A stretch of DNA of 18,304 nt. Origin: a virus (Duplodnaviria > Heunggongvirae > Uroviricota > Caudoviricetes). The notes under the pieces are model-generated. The model searched no databases. It saw nothing but the letters and a program-made list of their open reading frames with translations, and was not told the origin of the DNA. Below are positions 1 to 8,695 of the stretch, in pieces; the first letter of the stretch is position 1; the number at the start of each line of letters is the position of its first letter. The stretch lies in IMG/VR virus record IMGVR_UViG_2529292908_000003. The stretch is one strand, 5' to 3'. A program made the translations under genes and the position numbers.

Positions 1-208
1 GTTCAGCGGTGGTGAGCCCGCCATCACCGCCTCCGGTATCCCGCTCATGCTGGCGTACCCAGACACGCAGAGTCTCCGGTGTACAGCCAATCTTTGGGGC
101 AATGGAACAAATTGCCGCCCACTGTGAGTCATATTCGCTCTGACTTTCCAGAACCATACGGACTGCCCGTTGACGGACTTCGGGGGAAAAACGAGTATTT
201 TTAGTCAT
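1..208 (-). CDS. insE: IS3 transposase OrfA (InsE), N-terminal part; 3' end lies outside the window
   Basis: Minus-strand ATG at 206-208 translates [69 protein letters not shown], the IS3 OrfA sequence from memory; SD-like AGAGGT upstream. Confidence 0.85.
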   Translation of the reverse strand, partial: MTKNTRFSPEVRQRAVRMVLESQSEYDSQWAAICSIAPKIGCTPETLRVWVRQHERDTGGGDGGLTTAE

Positions 209-262
209 CCTGTTTACCTCTTTCTCAGGAAGTTTAGTCTCCAGGATTCCCGGGGCGGTTCA
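1..262 (-). mobile_element. IS3, partial; left terminal inverted repeat ends at 262 and the element continues beyond the window start
   Basis: Reverse complement of 200-262 reads TGAACCGCCCCGGGAATCCTGGAGACTAAACTTCCTGAGAAAGAGGTAAACAGG followed by ATG of orfA, which matches my recollection of the IS3 left end; not search-verified. Confidence 0.8.
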
Positions 263-1024
263 TTTTCGGTCTACAAGTGTGGCTATATGAGAGTTTTTTG
301 TACCTGAGACTAAATCGCCCTCCCAATGCCCCAGAGAGCGTCTGTTATCGATATTTCGGGAACGTTCGTGAATTGGTGTTCCGTTCACTATGTTAATCGT
401 ACCTCTTTCGCCTTTGCGGGTATGACGCCTGCCATGGCGAAGGCTATGCGACCGTCGCAGATGCTGTATATTCAGGTGGTGTAGCGCTTCACGGCTACGA
501 AAGTACAGCGTTTTATAAATTGTCTCAGGTGATATTCGCAGCGTTTTTTGACGTGGTTTTGTTCGCCTTAACCATCCTGATATTTGCTCTGGAGACCATT
601 TCATCTCCAGCATTTCCAGAACAAGCTTTCGCAATGGTAAATTTTGATCCAGTAAGCACGGTTTTGGCCTTTTCGCCATTCTGTTGGCTCGGTTATTAGC
701 ATCAACAGCTTTGTAATAGCGTCTGCCCCGATTACGCTGAACTTCACGTGAGATCGTCGAAGGACTGCGATTCAGCGCAGTAGCTATCGCACGAATGCTC
801 ATTTTGGCTGACAAACCAGCTCGTATCTCCTCGCGCTCAGACAGTGTCAGGTGAGCTACAGCCCGCTTATGCTCATGGGGTTTTATGCCGCCAGTATCCC
901 TTAACATAGTGAAGATCGTTCCGGGTTTTGAACCCAGGATATTCGCTATTTCACTGAAGCCTGTTCCGTTCTTCCATAGTTCAAAAACAGAGGCTTTTTC
1001 CTCTGCTGTAAATGTTCGTCTCAT
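260..1024 (-). pseudogene. insI: IS30 transposase InsI, C-terminally truncated (254 of about 383 codons); stop codon is supplied by the IS3 end
   Basis: ORF translation MRRTFTAEEKASVFELWKNGTGFSEIANILG...HIATLVDRK matches the IS30 transposase N-terminus; reading frame runs straight into the IS3 terminus. Confidence 0.85.
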
Positions 1025-1086
1025 TCAAAAAACCTCCGCAACCCCATGTTTTCACATAACTGTTGCGTTGACCAATTGAATCTACA
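263..1086 (-). mobile_element. IS30 fragment; left inverted repeat at 1061-1086, distal part replaced by the IS3 insertion at 262/263
   Basis: Reverse complement of 1061-1086 is TGTAGATTCAATTGGTCAACGCAACA, the IS30 terminal repeat as I recall it, followed by the InsI start; element is interrupted after transposase codon 254. Confidence 0.85.
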
Positions 1087-1349
1087 GTTGCTTTTTTTAA
1101 TATATCTCGCTCAAGGCGAGCTTCATTTAACGCCTTACGCAGTTGCAGAATTTCAGATTCCAGTTCAGCCACCGTGCGGGAACCAGGAGTACCGAGCCCT
1201 TTTCTGGCGGCGGTAACCCATTGTCCTAAAGTGCCTTCAGGAAGAGATAATCGGGAAGCGCCTTCACTGATCGAAAGTTGATTTTCAAGAACCGTTCTGA
1301 CAGCTTCGGCTTTGAACTCTTTAGAGTAACGTTGGGTTTTTCTGCTCAT
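1087..1349 (-). pseudogene. IS3-family transposase OrfA (HTH subunit), N-terminal 87 codons, truncated by IS30 insertion
   Basis: ATG at 1347-1349 with AGGAG SD; translation MSRKTQRYSKEFKAEAVRTVLENQLSISEGASRLSLPEGTLGQWV...LERDILKKAT has the IS3-family OrfA HTH and leucine-zipper pattern. The 122-aa ORF in the track is a read-through chimera into the IS30 repeat. Confidence 0.7.
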
Positions 1350-1413
1350 TATTAGCTCCTTCTGATGCCATTCTATTTCAGGAAGGAGTGTCCGTTAAAC
1401 TCAGGCTACCTCA
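1087..1413 (-). mobile_element. IS3-family element (IS600-like), left-end fragment interrupted by IS30; outer boundary near 1400-1413 is approximate
   Basis: OrfA-like ORF begins about 64 bp inside a TG...-type terminus (reverse complement of about 1388-1413 reads TGAGGTAGCCTGAGTTTAACGGACACTCC); the orfA frame is broken by the IS30 terminus at 1086/1087. Confidence 0.55.
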
Positions 1414-1429
1414 GCGTATCTCGGCATCA

Positions 1430-3019
1430 ATGCGCAAACAGCCTGATGCCCTTCGCTACGACCGCCAAACTATTTTTGGCCTTGTCCGTGAGCGTCCGAT
1501 CGACATTCACAAAGATCCCGTAGCACTGAACAAATATATCTGCGAATACCTGACGACAAAGGGCGTGTTTGAGAATGAAGAAACAGACCTGGGCACTGTT
1601 GATGTTCTCCAGTCATCAGAAACACAAACTGATGCAGTGGAAACTGAGGTATCTGATATCCCAAAAAATGAAACCGCGCCGGAAGCTGAACCATCTGTAG
1701 AGCGTGAGGGGCCGTTCTATTTCCTCTTCGCAGATAAGGACGGAGAAAAATACGGTCGCGCAAACAAACTCTCTGGTCTGGATAAGGCACTGGCTGCTGG
1801 CGCCACTGAAATCACAAAAGAAGAATATTTTGCCCGAAAAAATGGCACATACACGGGCTTACCGCAAAATGTAGATACCGCTGAAGATTCAGAACAACCA
1901 GAGCCGATAAAAGTTACCGCTGACGAAGTAAACAAAATTATGCAGGCAGCCAATATCAGCCAGCCTGACGCCGATAAGTTGCTTGCTGCATCACGTGGTG
2001 AATTTGTTGAAGGGATTAGTGACCCGAATGATCCGAAATGGGTTAAGGGGCTCCAGACCCGCGATTCTGTGAACCAGAACCAGCATGAATCGGAACGGAA
2101 CTACCAAAAAGCGGAACAAAACAGTCCAAATGCGTTACAAAACGAGCCAGAAACGAAACAGCCTGAACCAGTAGCGCAACAGGAAGTGGAAAAAGTCTGC
2201 ACCGCCTGCGGTCAGACCGGCGGCGGCAACTGCCCTGATTGTGGCGCGGTGATGGGCGACGCAACATACCAAGAAACATTCGATGAAGAGTATCAGGTTG
2301 AAGTTCAGGAAGATGATCCGGAGGAAATGGAAGGCGCTGAACATCCACACAAGGAGAACACTGGCGGCAATCAGCATCACAATAGCGATAATGAAACTGG
2401 CGAGACGGCAGATCACCCAATTAAGGTGAACGGTCATCACGAAATCACATCCACCAGCAGGACGTGTGACCATCTAATGATCGACCTTGAAACCATGGGA
2501 AAAAATCCTGATGCCCCGATCATCTCAATAGGTGCAATATTTTTCGATCCGCAAACCGGAGATATGGGACCGGAATTTAGTAAGACTATCGATCTGGAAA
2601 CTGCTGGCGGAGTCATTGATCGGGACACCATTAAATGGTGGCTTAAGCAATCACGCGAAGCGCAATCTGCCATTATGACCGATGAAATCCCGTTAGATGA
2701 TGCACTGTTACAATTGCGAGAATTTATCGACGAAAACTCCGGTGAATTTTTTGTTCAGGTTTGGGGAAATGGAGCCAACTTCGACAACACGATTTTGCGC
2801 CGTTCATACGAACGGCAGGGGATCCCCTGCCCGTGGCGTTACTACAACGATCGCGATGTACGCACAATCGTTGAGCTGGGGAAAGCCATAGACTTCGATG
2901 CCAGAACGGCTATTCCATTCGAAGGTGAGCGCCATAATGCACTTGATGACGCCCGTTACCAGGCAAAATACGTTTCAGTTATCTGGCAAAAACTGATCCC
3001 GAGTCAGGCTGATTCTTAA
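1430..3019 (+). CDS. Prophage exonuclease with C-terminal DEDDh (DnaQ-like) 3'-5' exonuclease domain, acidic linker and CxxC-x7-CxxC zinc ribbon; 5' end probably truncated by the IS insertion
   Basis: Exo motifs: DLET (motif I), NGANFDNT (motif II), HNALDDARY (motif III, H-x4-D). The track ORF start at 1388 lies inside the IS terminus, so the first usable ATG is 1430. Sits upstream of xis-int as in lambdoid recombination modules. Confidence 0.65.
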   Translation: MRKQPDALRYDRQTIFGLVRERPIDIHKDPVALNKYICEYLTTKGVFENEETDLGTVDVLQSSETQTDAVETEVSDIPKNETAPEAEPSVEREGPFYFLFADKDGEKYGRANKLSGLDKALAAGATEITKEEYFARKNGTYTGLPQNVDTAEDSEQPEPIKVTADEVNKIMQAANISQPDADKLLAASRGEFVEGISDPNDPKWVKGLQTRDSVNQNQHESERNYQKAEQNSPNALQNEPETKQPEPVAQQEVEKVCTACGQTGGGNCPDCGAVMGDATYQETFDEEYQVEVQEDDPEEMEGAEHPHKENTGGNQHHNSDNETGETADHPIKVNGHHEITSTSRTCDHLMIDLETMGKNPDAPIISIGAIFFDPQTGDMGPEFSKTIDLETAGGVIDRDTIKWWLKQSREAQSAIMTDEIPLDDALLQLREFIDENSGEFFVQVWGNGANFDNTILRRSYERQGIPCPWRYYNDRDVRTIVELGKAIDFDARTAIPFEGERHNALDDARYQAKYVSVIWQKLIPSQADS

Positions 3020-3030
3020 TGTTCAACTGT

Positions 3031-3062
3031 CGCCGGTTGTGACTGGTATTCTGCAACCGGCG
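3031..3062 (+). other. Stable stem-loop between the exonuclease gene and xis (9-bp stem CGCCGGTTG/CAACCGGCG, 14-nt loop), no U-tract
   Basis: Perfect 9-bp inverted repeat read directly; function (processing or pause site, weak terminator) is unknown. Confidence 0.3.
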
Positions 3063-3091
3063 CTCGTCTGATGTAAGAGATAAAGAAATCG

Positions 3092-3342
3092 ATGAGCGAA
3101 GTAATCATGATTGTCTCTCCCGGCAAATGGGTATCCGAAGAGCAGTTAATTGCGCTGAAAGGAATAAAAAAGGTACGTTAAAAAAGGCCCGGGAAAAATC
3201 GTTTATGGAAGGAAGGGAATATAAGCATGTCGCTCATGACGGTATGCCATGGGATAACAGTCCATGCTTTTACAACCTGGAAGAAATTGATCGCTGGATT
3301 GAGCGCCAGGCATCAGCGAGACCAAGACGTCATCTTACTTGA
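3092..3342 (+). CDS. Excisionase (Xis)-like gene split across two frames; a -1 shift at A_AAA_AAG (3166-3172) joins a 27-codon N-terminal ORF (3092-3181) to the 56-codon C-terminal frame
   Basis: Joined product MSEVIMIVSPGKWVSEEQLIALKGIKK + GTLKKAREKSFMEGREYKHV...DRWIERQ has the lambda-Xis-like pattern including a GREY motif (lambda Xis DGREYLF), and lies immediately upstream of the integrase. Confidence 0.5.
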
Positions 3343-3361
3343 CTAAAAGCCACACTAACTA

Positions 3362-4657
3362 ATGAGAGAAGTTGAAATGAAATATCCGACAGGCGTGGAA
3401 AACCATGGAGGGAAATTACGTATCTGGTTTGTTTATAAAGACGTAAGAGTCAGGGAAAATCTGGGGGTTCCTGACACAGCAAAAAACAGGCGCGTTGCAG
3501 GTGAACTACGCTCCTCTGTTTGTTACGCAATAAAAACTGGTGTTTTCGACTATGCAAAACAGTTTCCCTCCTCACGCAATCTGGAAAAATTTGGTGAGGC
3601 CCGACAAGATTTAACCATAAAAGAACTGGCTGAAAAATTTCTGGCACTGAAAGAAACTGAAGTCGCCAAAACATCACTCAACACATACCGTGCCGTCATC
3701 AAAAATATCCTGAGCATAATCGGTGAAAAAAATCTTGCCTCATCGATTAATAAAGAAAAATTACTGGAGGTTCGTAAAGAGTTACTGACTGGATACCAGA
3801 TCCCCAAAAGTAACTATATTGTTACACAACCAGGGAGATCGGCTGTAACTGTAAATAATTACATGACAAATCTTAACGCCGTGTTCCAGTTTGGTGTTGA
3901 TAACGGTTACCTGGCAGATAATCCGTTTAAGGGGATCTCGCCATTAAAGGAATCAAGAACCATTCCGGATCCTCTTTCGCGGGAAGAATTTATCCGTCTT
4001 ATCGATGCGTGCAGAAATCAGCAAGCAAAAAATTTATGGTGTGTTTCTGTTTATACTGGAGTTCGCCCTGGTGAGCTGTGTGCACTTGGATGGGAGGACA
4101 TAGATCTGAAAAATGGAACAATGATGATCAGGAGAAATTTAGCAAAAGACCGTTTCACGGTACCAAAAACACAGGCGGGAACCAATCGGGTCATTCATCT
4201 TATTAAGCCAGCAATCGACGCTCTCCGGAGTCAGATGACATTAACGAGACTGAGCAAAGAGCATATCATTGATGTTCACCTCAGAGAGTATGGCAGAACA
4301 GAAAAACAAAAATGCACCTTTGTTTTTCAACCTGAAGTGTCAGCGAGAGTAAAAAATTATGGTGACCATTTTACCGTTGACTCAATAAGGCAGATGTGGG
4401 ACGCAGCGATAAAACGTGCCGGACTCCGCCATCGAAAATCATATCAGTCGAGACATACTTATGCCTGCTGGTCGCTGACAGCTGGTGCTAACCCGGCATT
4501 TATAGCAAACCAGATGGGCCATGCAGATGCGCAAATGGTATTTCAGGTATACGGAAAATGGATGTCTGAAAACAATAATGCACAGGTAGCTTTGTTAAAT
4601 ACACAGTTAAGCGAGTTTGCCCCAACCATGCCCCATAACGAAGCAATGAAAAATTAA
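3362..4657 (+). CDS. Lambdoid prophage tyrosine integrase (corresponds by synteny to the integrase next to rspB in E. coli K-12); alternative start at 3377 (MKYPTGV)
   Basis: 431-aa ORF with N-terminal arm-binding-like region and C-terminal tyrosine recombinase signature (RHTYA box, catalytic-Tyr region QVYGKW); last gene before host DNA. Confidence 0.9.
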   Translation: MREVEMKYPTGVENHGGKLRIWFVYKDVRVRENLGVPDTAKNRRVAGELRSSVCYAIKTGVFDYAKQFPSSRNLEKFGEARQDLTIKELAEKFLALKETEVAKTSLNTYRAVIKNILSIIGEKNLASSINKEKLLEVRKELLTGYQIPKSNYIVTQPGRSAVTVNNYMTNLNAVFQFGVDNGYLADNPFKGISPLKESRTIPDPLSREEFIRLIDACRNQQAKNLWCVSVYTGVRPGELCALGWEDIDLKNGTMMIRRNLAKDRFTVPKTQAGTNRVIHLIKPAIDALRSQMTLTRLSKEHIIDVHLREYGRTEKQKCTFVFQPEVSARVKNYGDHFTVDSIRQMWDAAIKRAGLRHRKSYQSRHTYACWSLTAGANPAFIANQMGHADAQMVFQVYGKWMSENNNAQVALLNTQLSEFAPTMPHNEAMKN

Positions 4658-4796
4658 TTTAATATTTATCAAATAGTTAACACGCATGACTCTTGAAATC
4701 CATAAATTCAAGCGCAGTGCCCAGCCATCCCGATACTGCTGCTTTCACCAAATCCTTAGTGCTTCTTTCGTGTTTTTCTATTGTCATAATGGTTAT

Positions 4797-4831
4797 CTCT
4801 AAAAAAGAGGTAAGATGCGTACTACTTACTC
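4797..4831 (-). terminator. Putative rho-independent terminator of rspB
   Basis: On the minus strand, 13 nt after the rspB stop: stem GAGTAAG / CTTAC(C)TC with a 10-nt loop, followed by UUUUUU (plus-strand A run 4801-4806). Confidence 0.45.
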
Positions 4832-4844
4832 GCCGTTATTGGTA

Positions 4845-5864
4845 TTATTCAGAAAAAGTGAGTAAGACTTTGCAGCAATGTTTTTGATCCTGTTCAAATA
4901 AACTAATGGCATCAGCAACATGCTGGAAATCAAACGTATGGGTAATTAATTTTTCTGGTTTAATTAACCCTTTACTTAACCAGTCGATAACGATCGGGAA
5001 TTTATTTGCATTTAAGCGTGAAGAGAAAATAGAGAGTTCTTTTCCGGTAATTCCTTGCTGAATCACTTCAGACGGTTCACTGGAGAACCCCATCAATACA
5101 ATACGTGCCGCTGGAGAAGCCAGCGTTACGGCCTCTTTCAGGATAGAAGGATGACAAGCCGCATCGATAATTAATGTCGGCTTGATGCCTTTTTCAGTGA
5201 AAATCTCGCCAAGCGGTGTCTGGCTGTTATTAATCGCCCAGTCAGCCCCGCTCTCTTTCGCTTTTTCCAGTCGTTCATCAATGCGATCGGCAACAATCAC
5301 ATTTTTAACGTTATAGACGCCTTTTAATACCTGAACGATCGTCAGGCCGATTGGACCGGCACCATAAACCAGAACGGTATCATTTTCAGTCGGTTGACCA
5401 TGTCCGGTTACGTTAGCCGCAATGGTAAAAGGTTCGATCATTACCGCATATTGATCGGCCACTGCTTCAGGAATTTTCCACGCATTTTTTGCCGGAACCA
5501 CGGCATATTCACTGAAACCACCGTCAGCGTGCACACCTAATACAGCCAGTGTCGTACAAACGTTCGGTTTACCTATAGAGCACGGATAGCAATGCCCACA
5601 GCTGACCACCGGATCGACAGCAACACGTTCACCGACTCTGGCGCTTTCCACGCCTTCACCCACTGCATCAATGACGCCAAAGAATTCATGACCAATGACG
5701 CGCGGATATTTCGCAAAAGGATTATGCCCACGATAAATATGGCTATCTGAACCACAAATTCCGGCAAGTTTCACTTTTACTCGTACTTCACCCGCTGACG
5801 GGGTGGGTATTTCACGTTCGACAATCGCCAGTTGATTCGGTTTTTCAATTAATATGCTTTTCAT
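4845..5864 (-). CDS. rspB: Starvation-sensing protein RspB, Zn-dependent dehydrogenase (MDR family)
   Basis: Translation MKSILIEKPNQLAIVEREIPTPSAGEVRVKVKLAGICGSDSHIYRGHNPF... with GHE and GxGxxG motifs; AGGAG SD before the ATG at 5864; the track ORF has an 8-codon upstream extension. Confidence 0.9.
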   Translation of the reverse strand: MKSILIEKPNQLAIVEREIPTPSAGEVRVKVKLAGICGSDSHIYRGHNPFAKYPRVIGHEFFGVIDAVGEGVESARVGERVAVDPVVSCGHCYPCSIGKPNVCTTLAVLGVHADGGFSEYAVVPAKNAWKIPEAVADQYAVMIEPFTIAANVTGHGQPTENDTVLVYGAGPIGLTIVQVLKGVYNVKNVIVADRIDERLEKAKESGADWAINNSQTPLGEIFTEKGIKPTLIIDAACHPSILKEAVTLASPAARIVLMGFSSEPSEVIQQGITGKELSIFSSRLNANKFPIVIDWLSKGLIKPEKLITHTFDFQHVADAISLFEQDQKHCCKVLLTFSE

Positions 5865-5875
5865 TATCTTACTCC

Positions 5876-7090
5876 TTACCAGTTCCACAGCGTGCCATCT
5901 TCCAGACGTGCGACTGGTAGATAAGCAGGTTCATAGGGATATTTCGCCGCCAGCTTTTCATCGAATTCGATACCAAGACCCGGTTTGTCTCCCGGATGCA
6001 TATAGCCGTTATCGAAAGTCCAGTTGTGCGGGAAGACTTCGAGCATTTGTTCGGAATAACCCATGTATTCCTGGACACCGAAATTGGGGACCCACAGATC
6101 AAAGTGCAGCGCCGCAGCCATGCAGACTGGTGACAAATCGGAAGGACCGTGTGAGCCAGTACGTACCTGATACAGCGAAGCAAAATCGGCAATCCGGCGC
6201 ATACCGGTAATTCCGCCTGCATGGGTCAGCGTGGTGCGGATATAATCGATGAGTTGCTCTTCAATCAGTTGTTTGCAGTCCCAGATGCTGTTGAAGACTT
6301 CACCCACTGCGATGGGTGTGACGGTATGTTGGCGAATGAGACGGAAGCATTCCTGGTTTTCCGCAGGCGTCGGGTCTTCCATCCAGAACATGCGATAATC
6401 TTCAATGCTTTTACCAAAGCGCGCCGCTTCAATAGGCGTTAAGCGATGGTGCATGTCATGCAGCAAATGTTCATTAAAACCAAACTTGTTACGTACCGCG
6501 TCAAACAATTTCGGCATGAAATCGAGGTATTTCTCCGTCGACCACAGCTGCTCTTCCGGCCACTGTCCTTTGGTTGCGGGTTCATAAGCCAGACCTTTAC
6601 CTTTCGACATGCCGTAGGTGGTTTTCATACCAGGGATTCCGCACTGCACGCGGATGGCTTTGAATCCAAGCTCTTGATGACGGGCATAATCATCCAGAGC
6701 TTCATCAATACTGTGACCGGTGGTATGGCAATAAACCATCACCCCTTCACGAGACGCGCCGCCGAGTAACTGGTAAAGCGGCATGTTGGCAGCTTTGGCT
6801 TTAATATCCCACAGCGCCATATCAACCGCTGAAATGGCCGACATCGTAACCGGACCGCGACGCCAGTAAGCACCTTTATAGAAAAACTGCCAGATATCTT
6901 CGATACGGTGCGCATCGCGACCAATAAGCTGCGGACAAAGGTGATCCTGCAAATAAGAGGCCACGGAAAGCTCACGTCCATTGAGGGTGGCATCCCCAAG
7001 GCCCGTAATACCGTCCTCAGTGGTGATTTTTAATGTGACGAAATTACGCCCCGGACAGGTAACAAAAACTTCAGCCTTTACGATCTTCAT
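5876..7090 (-). CDS. rspA: Starvation-sensing protein RspA, enolase-superfamily mannonate dehydratase-like
   Basis: Translation [40 protein letters not shown]...; 11-bp gap to rspB (operon); AGGAA SD; the track ORF has an 11-codon upstream extension. Confidence 0.9.
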
Positions 7091-7295
7091 GTTCGATTCC
7101 TTGCATCGCTTGTCGTGATGCATGAAATCTACGCAACTGAGCTACTACCATACAAGTATAAAGATCGAAAAAAGCCGGAGTGATCACAAAAAAAGGCGTA
7201 TATTTGCGCTGTGAATGGTTGACAAAAGATGAAATAGAATACCTTTTGTCAGCTGACACTTCCTCTTATCTTATTGATAAAATGGATTTATGTTC

Positions 7296-7622
7296 CTACG
7301 TGCGCCCCCAGCCCGCAACAATGATCAACATGCCGCAAAGCGCAATCAACGCACCCGTCCAGTCATAAAGAGTCAGTTTCACGCCATCCACAACGCGCAG
7401 CCACATCAACGCCGTGCAGACATAAACGCCACCATAAGCCGCGTAAACACGCCCACTCGCCGCTGGATGCAACGTTAACAACCAGACAAACAGCGCCAGT
7501 GAAATCCCCGCCGGAAGCAACAGCCAGATACTGGCGTTTCGTTTTAACCACAACCAGGGCAGAAAGCATCCAATAATTTCACACAGCGCAGTAGCAAAAA
7601 ATAGTAACGTTGTTTTAATCAT
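7296..7622 (-). CDS. ynfA: UPF0060 family inner-membrane protein YnfA (four predicted TM helices)
   Basis: 108-aa hydrophobic [48 protein letters not shown]...; position between rspA and ynfB as in E. coli K-12. Confidence 0.85.
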
Positions 7623-7756
7623 CTTTGTCTCTTATTGACATCATGTATAGTTATAGGGCGACATAATATCATCAATATAAACACCCTCCTGGTACGTTTT
7701 GCGTCCGCAGTGGATGGTGTAGAATCACCTTTAATCATTCATACAGGGAATGAATT

Positions 7757-8098
7757 ATGAAAATCACTCTCAGCAAACGAATCGGCCTGCTCGCTATTCT
7801 GCTGCCTTGCGCACTGGCATTGAGCACAACTGTTCATGCCGAAACTAACAAACTGGTGATTGAGTCTGGCGACAGTGCACAAAGCCGCCAGCACGCCGCT
7901 ATGGAAAAAGAGCAATGGAATGACACGCGCAATCTGCGCCAGAAAGTGAATAAACGCACTGAAAAAGAGTGGGATAAAGCCGACGCCGCTTTTGATAACC
8001 GCGATAAATGTGAGCAAAGCGCCAACATCAATGCCTACTGGGAGCCCAATACTTTGCGCTGCCTGGACCGTCGAACTGGCCGCGTTATTACCCCCTAA
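7757..8098 (+). CDS. ynfB: Secreted small protein YnfB (UPF0482) with N-terminal signal peptide
   Basis: [30 protein letters not shown]... signal peptide; AGGGAA SD; 34 bp upstream of speG. Confidence 0.85.
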
Positions 8099-8132
8099 CC
8101 TGTTATTGATTTAAGGAATGTAAGGACACGTT

Positions 8133-8693
8133 ATGCCAAGCGCCCACAGTGTTAAGCTACGCCCGCTGGAGCGTGAAGATTTACGCTATGTACATCAACT
8201 CGACAATAACGCCAGTGTGATGCGTTACTGGTTTGAGGAACCCTACGAAGCCTTTGTTGAACTCTCTGATCTGTATGATAAGCATATTCACGATCAGAGC
8301 GAACGGCGCTTTGTGGTGGAATGTGACGGCGAAAAAGCCGGTCTGGTGGAGCTGGTGGAAATTAACCATGTTCATCGCCGCGCAGAATTTCAGATAATTA
8401 TCTCCCCGGAGTATCAGGGGAAAGGTCTGGCAACCCGTGCCGCCAAATTAGCAATGGACTATGGCTTTACCGTTCTCAATCTCTATAAGCTGTATCTGAT
8501 CGTTGATAAAGAGAATGAAAAAGCGATTCACATTTACCGCAAGCTTGGCTTTTCGGTTGAAGGTGAATTGATGCACGAGTTCTTTATTAATGGTCAATAT
8601 CGTAATGCCATTCGCATGTGTATATTCCAGCATCAGTATCTGGCAGAGCACAAAACACCGGGTCAGACTCTCCTGAAGCCGACCGCACAATAG
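8133..8693 (+). CDS. speG: Spermidine N1-acetyltransferase SpeG (GNAT family)
   Basis: 186-aa translation [41 protein letters not shown]... matches SpeG from memory. Confidence 0.92.
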   Translation: MPSAHSVKLRPLEREDLRYVHQLDNNASVMRYWFEEPYEAFVELSDLYDKHIHDQSERRFVVECDGEKAGLVELVEINHVHRRAEFQIIISPEYQGKGLATRAAKLAMDYGFTVLNLYKLYLIVDKENEKAIHIYRKLGFSVEGELMHEFFINGQYRNAIRMCIFQHQYLAEHKTPGQTLLKPTAQ

Positions 8694-8695
8694 CA

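Noticed and set aside
885-1079. 64-aa plus-strand ORF
   Set aside because: Antisense to the IS30 transposase 5' end and leader; no RBS; fully explained by the IS.
981-1349. 122-aa ORF in the track taken as a single gene
   Set aside because: It is a chimera: IS3-family OrfA codons 1-87 followed by in-frame read-through across the IS30 terminal repeat and leader.
1388-1429. ATG 1388 as the exonuclease start
   Set aside because: It lies inside the presumed IS terminal repeat, so it cannot be the native start; at best it creates an IS-exonuclease fusion.
1470-2891. Several 64-125 aa ORFs inside the exonuclease gene, mostly on the minus strand
   Set aside because: They are antisense or out of frame within a gene with clear domain signal; no RBS; typical shadow ORFs.
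3127-3342. 71-aa ORF as an independent gene starting at ATG 3127
   Set aside because: Its N-terminal 26 codons have no RBS and overlap the upstream short ORF; the joined frameshifted Xis-like reading explains both pieces better.
4693-4887. 64-aa ORF in the integrase-rspB gap
   Set aside because: No SD; overlaps the rspB 3' end and terminator; low-complexity product.
7124-7295. CRP-like half-sites (TGTGAatggttGACAA) and a TGATCA palindrome in the rspA upstream region
   Set aside because: Matches to the CRP consensus are too weak to call from sequence alone; left unannotated.
5854-7478. Multiple 60-118 aa ORFs overlapping rspA, the rspA-ynfA intergenic region and ynfA
   Set aside because: Antisense or alternate-frame ORFs within well-supported genes; no independent signals.
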